A stretch of DNA of 14,173 bases from NCBI GenBank assembly GCA_045805065.1, contig JBJMMA010000013.1, positions 1 through 14,173 on the forward strand, read 5' to 3'. Below, piece after piece: positions 8,548 through 14,173 of this stretch. This stretch comes from Bdellovibrionia bacterium. GTDB lineage: Bacteria; Bdellovibrionota; UBA1018. The notes under the pieces were generated by a model, which did no database searches, had not been told where the DNA came from, and was given only the letters and a program-made list of their open reading frames with translations. The first letter of the stretch is position 1, and the number at the start of each line of letters is the position of its first letter. The translations under genes and the position numbers were made by a program.

Positions 8548-8707
8548 TCGCTAAAATCAGAACATCTTAAAAATAAAAAGATCGCTTTGGTGTCGGTTCG
8601 GCCATCCTGGCCTCCATTTTTGCCCTGCTTTGCAGGGCATCGCATCCTGCTAAAATGGAACCTCACAAAGCGGTCTTTTTATTTTTAAGATGTTCTGATT
8701 TTACGAT
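8547..8707. repeat. Long palindromic element (MITE/REPIN-like or structured RNA) with branched core
   Basis: 8552-8581 is the perfect 30-bp reverse complement of 8674-8703. Pairing extends inward (8583-8589/8666-8672, 8595-8598/8659-8662) and outward (8547-8550/8704-8707). Internal hairpins at 8600-8612, 8621-8639 and 8642-8650, plus stem 8614-8620/8652-8658. Confidence 0.85.
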
Positions 8708-8816
8708 GGGTATCGCTTGTCGGGTCGCGGTCGTTGCGTTATCAGATTGATTAAGACGATCGTTGCTGAGTGGACTCTTTATCTCTCCTGCCACTCTGCT
8801 TAGAGGTCTTCGGTGA

Positions 8817-8855
8817 GAGGTATGTCTTTTTCAAATTTTGAAAGGATCATACCTT
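8817..8855 (+). promoter_or_regulatory. Hairpin sequestering the SD and start codon of the deaminase gene
   Basis: AGGTATG(8818-8824)/CATACCT(8848-8854) and TTTCAA(8829-8834)/TTGAAA(8838-8843) pair symmetrically. SD AAAGGA (8841-8846) lies in the 3' arm. Confidence 0.45.
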
Positions 8856-9303
8856 GAAAATCTCCGAACCGTTTCTTCTTCAAACTCTTAGTATTGCTCA
8901 AAGTGCTAAAGATCATGGGAATCATCCCTTTGGTGCTTTACTCGTTCATCAAGATAGGGTGATTGCCACTGCTGAAAACTCTGTCGTATCTAATTGCGAC
9001 GTGACGGCTCATGCCGAGATGAATTTAGTCCGACAAGCCTATGGGAAATTTTCCCAGGAAGTTCTCCAAGAGAGCGTTCTTTATTCAAGCACTGAGCCTT
9101 GCGCTATGTGCTGCGGAGCTATCTATTGGGCAGGAGTTGGATCGGTCGTTTTTGGTTGTAGTAACAAAACCCTTTCTGAGATCGCGGGCCGAAGTCTGGA
9201 AATTCCATGTTCTGAAATCTTTCAGCGAGGGAGCAGGTCAGTTTTGGTTTTAGGTCCGGTCCTTGAGGAGCGTCTTAAAGTCATTCATGTCGGGTTTTGG
9301 TAG
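8854..9303 (+). CDS. Nucleoside/nucleobase deaminase (cytidine-deaminase fold, GuaD-like)
   Basis: GNHPFGALLV, TAHAEMN, STEPCAMCCGAIYWAG zinc motifs. TTG start with SD AAAGGA 7 nt upstream. Confidence 0.9.
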   Translation: MKISEPFLLQTLSIAQSAKDHGNHPFGALLVHQDRVIATAENSVVSNCDVTAHAEMNLVRQAYGKFSQEVLQESVLYSSTEPCAMCCGAIYWAGVGSVVFGCSNKTLSEIAGRSLEIPCSEIFQRGSRSVLVLGPVLEERLKVIHVGFW

Positions 9304-9366
9304 TGATAATTTTAAGCTTAGGCTGCCTGTCTGGCTCGAGGTCTGAAAGTTGCTTCGGCTTATCGA

Positions 9367-9537
9367 ATGGCCACTAAGAAGAAACCGGGTCTTTGGGCGA
9401 ATATTCAGAAGAAGCGGAAAAGAATCGAAAAAGGCAGTGGGGAGCACATGCGTAAGAAGGGCGAGAAAGGAGCTCCTAGCTCGCGGTCGCTTCGCAAGGC
9501 GCAGGTTGACTCTCGTCGTAAAAAGAAGAGCGCTTGA
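9367..9537 (+). CDS. 56-aa highly basic small protein (GLWANI...KRKRIEKGSGEHMRKKGEKGAP), resembling a small phage protein family
   Basis: Translated by hand: MATKKKPGLWANIQKKRKRIEKGSGEHMRKKGEKGAPSSRSLRKAQVDSRRKKKSA*. Shorter than any ORF in the track. Fills the gap between the deaminase and the convergent gene. Confidence 0.75.
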   Translation: MATKKKPGLWANIQKKRKRIEKGSGEHMRKKGEKGAPSSRSLRKAQVDSRRKKKSA

Positions 9538-9540
9538 GTT

Positions 9541-10317
9541 TTAGCTTCCAAGGTCTAAGAGAGTGACCTTTTGATCCTTCGGAAGTTTCTCGCGGGGGAT
9601 CGTGTCGCCGATCTCTTTTTCGTAATCGGCTAAGGTTAAAACCTCATTGATTTCGATTTCGCTTAAGTCGATATTTTCGAGTTCAGAGTCTAGGCTGTGG
9701 ATGTTTTTCAGGAACAGTTCTTTCGCTTCTTTTGCGGTTTTTGCTCCTACAGCGCATTGGCCGTCCAGGCCACGCTCCTCGATCGTGAACATCACGATGA
9801 AAACAGACTGCTTTTTGCGGCTGGCTTTTAACTGTTTCTCAGCTTCTTTGGATAGTTGAGATATCTGTGCGCGATCCTTCGGATGAAAATTCACGGTGAC
9901 TTGAGTTGGGTTCTCGGAGTGATCAAATGTGATTTTCAATGTTTCAAGTTCAGGTTGAAGGAGTTGCCACACGGAAGGCGCGAAATAGGAAGTTTGTTTG
10001 TAAGTAGGCGGGATGGCGTGAATCTCGATCACGGCCATGTTGCGATGTTCGCTCGCTCCAGGAGTGTATGACTTCATTTCGAATGAGGGATCGACTTTCA
10101 ATAAGAGCGCCGTATATTCGTCTACCTCATCGTTTGGGCAATAGATCAAACTCCGTAGCGTTTCGTTCCCAATGTCAGTTTCCCACGAAGTGGCCTGAAG
10201 CTTTTTGAAACGTTCTTTGATGGAGTTCCAGTCCTCTCGAGGGATCATGGCTAAGCCATAGAGCGTTTGATCGGGGAGAGGGCTTTTGGTCATGGCTAAG
10301 TTTTGCATGCGTCTCAT
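9541..10317 (-). CDS. Hypothetical protein (start uncertain; ATG at 10308 or 10293 also possible)
   Basis: Uninterrupted 258-codon ORF with plausible globular composition, divergent from oppA. No family recognised. Confidence 0.7.
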   Translation of the reverse strand: MRRMQNLAMTKSPLPDQTLYGLAMIPREDWNSIKERFKKLQATSWETDIGNETLRSLIYCPNDEVDEYTALLLKVDPSFEMKSYTPGASEHRNMAVIEIHAIPPTYKQTSYFAPSVWQLLQPELETLKITFDHSENPTQVTVNFHPKDRAQISQLSKEAEKQLKASRKKQSVFIVMFTIEERGLDGQCAVGAKTAKEAKELFLKNIHSLDSELENIDLSEIEINEVLTLADYEKEIGDTIPREKLPKDQKVTLLDLGS

Positions 10318-10394
10318 GAGACGGCAAGTCAGTTTGGCGCCCCATTGGGCAAGCGTTTCTCGCTAAATGCTCAAATTTGGGTTAGCCTTGAGTC

Positions 10395-11984
10395 ATGCGT
10401 ATCCAGCTGAATCTCAAGGGTATCCTTTGTAGGCTTTTGGTTGTCGGCGTTCTGTTCTCATCGCTTGCGCCTCATGCGATGGCGGCGGGTGAGGCTGACG
10501 CTAAACATACGTTTACTTTTCGGATTAATGGCGAGCCTGCGACGCTGGACTGGAATCGCGCGCACACGCCGATTGAGACCTATCTCATGGTCAATCTCAT
10601 GGAAGGTCTGGTTGGTCTGGATGACAACCTGAAACCTGTTCCTGCTCTTGCTCAAAGCTGGAAAGTCAGTGCGGATGGCAAGACCTACACATTCAAGCTC
10701 AGGCCCGACGCTCAGTGGAGCGATGGAGTGCCGGTCAAAGCCAAGGATTTTGCCTTTAGTTGGAAGCGACTTCTTCAGCCACTGACCGCGGCCTCTTATG
10801 CTTATCTGCTTTTTGATATCGAAGGCGCTGAAGAATATAACAAGGGTAGCCTCCAGGATTTCTCCAAGGTGGGAATCAAGGCGGTGGATGACCTCACTTT
10901 TGAAGTGAAGCTCAAACACCCTGTCGCTTTCTGGCATTACATTCCCACTTTCTGGGTCACGTTTCCTTTGCGCGAGGACATTGTCGCAAAGTACGGCGCG
11001 CGCTGGGACATGCCAGGTCGCATGGTGACGGTGGGACCCTTCACGCTCGAAAGCCATGATCTTGAATCCAAGATCGTCTTGAAGGCAAATCCCAAGTACT
11101 ACGGCCCGCATGGCAATATCGAGAAGGCAGTGGGACTCATCGTGAAAGATGACTCAACGGCCGTAACGCTTTTTGAGTCAGGCCGGCTTGATTTCATGAC
11201 GGACATTCCGTCGCTGGATCTTCAGCGCATGGCTAGTAAGCCTGAGCTCAAGACTTTTCCCTATCTCAAAACCGGATATCTTGCGTTTGTCGTCGGTAAG
11301 TTTCCGCTATCGAACGTCCGGGTTCGCCGCGCGATTGCGATGGCTATTGATAAGAGCCAGTTCGGAAATCTGCTTCATGGAGGGCAAGCGCCTGCCGCGA
11401 GTTTGGTGCCGCCTCAGCTCATGGGGTACTCCAAAAAGGCAGCACCCGAATACAATCCTGTTGCGGCGCGCAAGGAGTTAGCTAAGGCGGGACTCGATCT
11501 GTCTCGTCCAATTGAGATGGATATGATCCTCTCCAACTGGGAGAAGAATCTGACTTTAGCTCAGTTCATCCAGGCCCAGCTGAAGAAAAACTTAGGCATT
11601 ACGCTCAATTTGCAGCCCTTTGACCATAAAACCTTCCGGGCGCAGCTAGATTTGAAGATCTATGGATCCTATCTCCTGAGTTGGAGCGGGGATTACCCGG
11701 ATCCTGATAATTTCATGTCGGTATTCCTGGGTGGGGCCGGAAACAACCGGACCGGGTGGAAAAATCCTAAGTACGATGAGCTCGTTGTGAGCGCCCGATC
11801 TGAACAAAATTCCAAGCTTAGGGAAAAAAAGTATACCGAAGCGCAGAAAATTCTTTTAGAAGAAGATGCGGTGGTTGTCCCGCTGTTCTATGAGCCTAAT
11901 CCTGCTTTGGTCCAAAAGCGCGTGAAGGGGCTCGAGCTCAACCCCCTGAATTACCTCTATTTTAAGAAAGTTAATTTGGAATGA
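10395..11984 (+). CDS. oppA: Peptide ABC transporter substrate-binding protein (SBP family 5, OppA-like)
   Basis: EPATLD, NLMEGLV, PALAQSWKVSADGKTYTFKLR...WSDG, GPF, VRRAIAMAIDK, WSGDYPDPDNF. Sec signal peptide ending AMA. Confidence 0.92.
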   Translation: MRIQLNLKGILCRLLVVGVLFSSLAPHAMAAGEADAKHTFTFRINGEPATLDWNRAHTPIETYLMVNLMEGLVGLDDNLKPVPALAQSWKVSADGKTYTFKLRPDAQWSDGVPVKAKDFAFSWKRLLQPLTAASYAYLLFDIEGAEEYNKGSLQDFSKVGIKAVDDLTFEVKLKHPVAFWHYIPTFWVTFPLREDIVAKYGARWDMPGRMVTVGPFTLESHDLESKIVLKANPKYYGPHGNIEKAVGLIVKDDSTAVTLFESGRLDFMTDIPSLDLQRMASKPELKTFPYLKTGYLAFVVGKFPLSNVRVRRAIAMAIDKSQFGNLLHGGQAPAASLVPPQLMGYSKKAAPEYNPVAARKELAKAGLDLSRPIEMDMILSNWEKNLTLAQFIQAQLKKNLGITLNLQPFDHKTFRAQLDLKIYGSYLLSWSGDYPDPDNFMSVFLGGAGNNRTGWKNPKYDELVVSARSEQNSKLREKKYTEAQKILLEEDAVVVPLFYEPNPALVQKRVKGLELNPLNYLYFKKVNLE

Positions 11985-12382
11985 GTGATATAAAGTCGCT
12001 GATTGGTCAGCGATCTGAAAAAAAGACGTTTCATGTGACCGAAGAACGCCTCAAGCAGTTCTGTGCGGCCATTGGCGCAGTGTACGAGGGCGAAGCTCCG
12101 CCAACGTTCATGACCATTTTCCGCGAGTCTGAATTCAGAGTGTTCTCCGACATGAATATCGCACTCTCCCGCGTTCTCCATGCGGATCAGGAATATCGCT
12201 ACCTGGGCAAGATCCTGCCAGGCGATGACCTCGAGTTCGACACGGTTTTGACCAAGGCTGTGGAAAAGCAGATCTCGACCGGTTCGAGTATTTTCATGGT
12301 TTATGAAACCGAGATTCGCGCACTCCGAGGCGGCTCTGCCGTACCTGTCGGCGTATCAAAAACGACGGTCATCATCAGGTAA
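11981..12382 (+). CDS. MaoC_dehydrat_N / FAS1-like hot-dog protein (HadA-like non-catalytic partner)
   Basis: FCAAIG...APPTF...VLHADQEYRY...ILPGDDL. ATGA overlap with the oppA stop. Confidence 0.8.
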   Translation: MSDIKSLIGQRSEKKTFHVTEERLKQFCAAIGAVYEGEAPPTFMTIFRESEFRVFSDMNIALSRVLHADQEYRYLGKILPGDDLEFDTVLTKAVEKQISTGSSIFMVYETEIRALRGGSAVPVGVSKTTVIIR

Positions 12383-12388
12383 GGGATT

Positions 12389-12793
12389 ATGGAACTTCAA
12401 ACGGGCACGCCGATCGAATTTATCGCACTTCCTCAGATCTCCCAACCACAGCTCAATGCTTATGCCCAGGCTTCCGGGGATATGAACCCGATTCACTTGG
12501 ACGAAGAAGTGGCAAAGTCCATGGGCCTTCCCGGCGTCATTGCGCACGGAATGCTCTCCGCAGGTTTTTTGGGCGAGCGCGCCCGCCGTGCCGTTCGTGA
12601 AAGTTCAAACTACAGCGATTTCAAACTGTCTCGCTTTCAAACTCGCTTCAAGGCAATGGTTCTCCTGGGAGATAATATCTCCGTGGGCGGAACGGTAAAA
12701 GAAGCGACGGATACGAAGCTCGTTTTGGATCTTCAGGCCAAGAACCAAAAAGAAGAAGTCGTCACAACGGCTACTGCTGAGTTCGTTAAATAA
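12389..12793 (+). CDS. MaoC family (R)-hydratase/dehydratase (HadB-like)
   Basis: Hydratase-2 motif YAQASGDMNPIHLD...GLPGVIAHGM. SD AAGGGA. Confidence 0.9.
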   Translation: MELQTGTPIEFIALPQISQPQLNAYAQASGDMNPIHLDEEVAKSMGLPGVIAHGMLSAGFLGERARRAVRESSNYSDFKLSRFQTRFKAMVLLGDNISVGGTVKEATDTKLVLDLQAKNQKEEVVTTATAEFVK

Positions 12794-12833
12794 GCTCAGT
12801 TCTGAGCTTCGCCTGTGTCTCTCGTGACACAGG
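12792..12833 (+). promoter_or_regulatory. Two tandem inverted repeats after the MaoC gene: terminator/stabiliser and/or sigma54 activator site
   Basis: AAGCTCA-GTTC-TGAGCTT (12792-12809) and CCTGTGTC-N6-GACACAGG (12812-12833). No U-tract. The second contains TGT-N10-ACA. Confidence 0.45.
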
Positions 12834-12915
12834 ATTCAACTTAGTCAACTGACGTGATCTTAAACACTTGGACAGGCTCTATGCGTTTTTAACAACGTTA
12901 GACATTGTCATGTGC

Positions 12916-12931
12916 TGGAACGCGCGTTGCA
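12916..12931 (+). promoter_or_regulatory. Sigma54 (RpoN) -24/-12 promoter
   Basis: TGGAACGCGCGTTGCA versus consensus TGGCACG-N4-TTGCW: one mismatch, exact GG-N10-GC spacing, intergenic and oriented toward the downstream CDS. Confidence 0.75.
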
Positions 12932-13031
12932 CAATCTACCTATACAAACATAGCTGAATAACTGCGGTCAGAATGTACGCTTCTAATTGCTTTGGGGAAG
13001 CTCTCGTTTCTCGATGAGGGCTAGGGGCAAA

Positions 13032-13955
13032 ATGAAAGACAGTATGACTTACAACTTGAATCATCTTCTGAGCACTCGTCGTGGCATTGTGTGCTTACTC
13101 GCATTGTCTGCTTTTTCTTCGATCCCTTACGCCTTCGCGGGAGCGCAAGATCACTGCGCATCCAATATCATTGAAAAGATCGAGGAACTCTCATCTTCAA
13201 GAGAGCTCGTCCCGACGGATAGAGTTCCGACGATATCCTATAGGGATGTCATTAATGGTCGTATTCCTCAGTTTAAGAAGACGCCCTCTTTCGAATTTCA
13301 AACACCGGATGGCGGTTTTATCACGGTACTGGACGTGAGTTCTTCAAAGGTACGGGATAATCCCAATCTCGGTCGGGCGCTGAAGATATGGAACATCAAA
13401 GTAGAAAGAGAGTTTCGAAAACGACTTGCGAAGTTCAGATCCTATTTCAAGAATGGTGGCAAGCGCAGGCTGAACTCGCTCGATTTTCCTGACAGGACGG
13501 TGGTGATTCTGAAGACGAAAAAGTCGCTGAATGATGGCTCTCCATCGGTAGATTCTGGAATGCGAATTGTGTTTGGGCGCAATTCTGACGAGAAGCTGCC
13601 CTTTCAGCAGGAGTTTTCAGACTACAATCGAGCTGAAGTCGCGGCGGAAATCGGAAGACTCTACGGCCCTGGCGATGGGCCGCTTCTGCTTCACACAGGA
13701 ATGAGAGTGATCGAACAAGCTCCAGAAGTGCGTGAAGTATGGGTGCATACCTCATGGCCTCACGCGAAGCTGTACGGGAGGATGGGCGCGAAAGCAGAAA
13801 CAGCCGATATCGATGTGCGAGATCCGCTGACGCTGCCATATCCTGTGAATGTGATTCTCCGATTTGATCGAGAGAAGGTCCACGGCGTTATTGATAAAAC
13901 AAAGGAACAGATGAGTTCATCCAAAAAACAGATACTGAGCCAGAACGCGAGTTAA
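13032..13955 (+). CDS. Secreted hypothetical protein with a C-terminal GNAT (FeeM/LuxI-like) fold
   Basis: SD AGGGG before ATG 13032. Signal-like RRGIVCLLALSAFSSIPYAFA. C-terminal MRIVFG..EKLPFQQEF..AEIGRL..VWVHTSWPHAKLYGRMG. The CDS is solid; the fold call is tentative. Confidence 0.65.
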   Translation: MKDSMTYNLNHLLSTRRGIVCLLALSAFSSIPYAFAGAQDHCASNIIEKIEELSSSRELVPTDRVPTISYRDVINGRIPQFKKTPSFEFQTPDGGFITVLDVSSSKVRDNPNLGRALKIWNIKVEREFRKRLAKFRSYFKNGGKRRLNSLDFPDRTVVILKTKKSLNDGSPSVDSGMRIVFGRNSDEKLPFQQEFSDYNRAEVAAEIGRLYGPGDGPLLLHTGMRVIEQAPEVREVWVHTSWPHAKLYGRMGAKAETADIDVRDPLTLPYPVNVILRFDREKVHGVIDKTKEQMSSSKKQILSQNAS

Positions 13956-14007
13956 GAGGGTTGCATTGCTCAATTAAAGTAAATGAGTTGAAAAACTTGG
14001 AGGGTTC

Positions 14008-14035
14008 TTAAGTTTCCGTAATCGGAGGCCGATAA
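14008..14035 (+). promoter_or_regulatory. Sigma28 (FliA) promoter
   Basis: TAAG(14009-14012)-N15-GCCGATAA(14028-14035): perfect -10 octamer and consensus spacing (TAAA-N15-GCCGATAA). Confidence 0.75.
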
Positions 14036-14047
14036 GAATTTGACAGC

Positions 14048-14173
14048 ATGAGACGCAACGTTGCTTCGCAAAGATCGATTTCAGTAAGGCTTTCGCTTCC
14101 GCGAAATCTCCTTCTCCTGCTGACGGCTTTTCTGGCGTCAGTAGGTGTTGCGCATTCCGCCGATCACGACGAC
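14048..14173 (+). CDS. N-terminus of a secreted protein (truncated by window end)
   Basis: MRRNVASQRSISVRLSLPRNLLLLLTAFLASVGVAHSADHDD... is open to the window edge, with a Sec signal peptide and an A-H-S/A cleavage site, downstream of the sigma28 motif. Confidence 0.6.
   Translation, partial: MRRNVASQRSISVRLSLPRNLLLLLTAFLASVGVAHSADHDD

Noticed and set aside
8552..8703. Reading the long palindrome as a simple rho-independent terminator, CRISPR repeat or tRNA
   Set aside because: Too long and branched for a plain terminator, though it may also terminate transcription. No repeat-spacer periodicity. No T-loop, D-loop or acceptor-stem features.
8854..9303. Calling the deaminase tadA
   Set aside because: Has HPFGA and GAIYWAG rather than TadA-type EVPVGA and lacks the TadA C-terminal features; substrate cannot be assigned.
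9350..9544. 64-aa track ORF (MLRLIEWPLRR...)
   Set aside because: Alternative frame of the 9367-9537 ORF, which has an ATG start and a recognisable motif.
10458..11111. 217-aa minus-strand ORF inside oppA
   Set aside because: Antisense shadow of a clear SBP family 5 gene.
12857..12871. Possible IHF site between the putative enhancer and the sigma54 promoter
   Set aside because: Two mismatches to WATCAANNNNTTR; not distinguishable from chance.

Overview
Bacterial chromosomal window. Gene content and promoter motifs suggest Bdellovibrionota or a related deltaproteobacterial lineage; this is an inference. The core is a complete ISC iron-sulfur cluster operon (Rrf2 regulator-iscS-iscU-iscA-hscB-hscA-fdx, 3333-8547) preceded by an IscR type-1-like operator. 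Upstream are two secreted hypothetical proteins (one with an HEXXH motif), a TfoX-N-like gene and a convergent two-domain VOC/glyoxalase gene. Immediately after fdx is a ~155-bp near-perfect palindromic element with a branched core carrying two CATCCTG side hairpins. It is followed by a nucleoside deaminase with a sequestered SD and an overlapping uORF, a 56-aa very basic protein missing from the ORF track and resembling a phage family, and a hypothetical gene. Next come an orphan OppA-type binding protein translationally coupled to a HadA/HadB-like MaoC pair, a sigma54-preceded secreted GNAT/FeeM-like protein, and the start of a sigma28-preceded secreted protein. No rRNA, tRNA, CRISPR array or transposase was seen.
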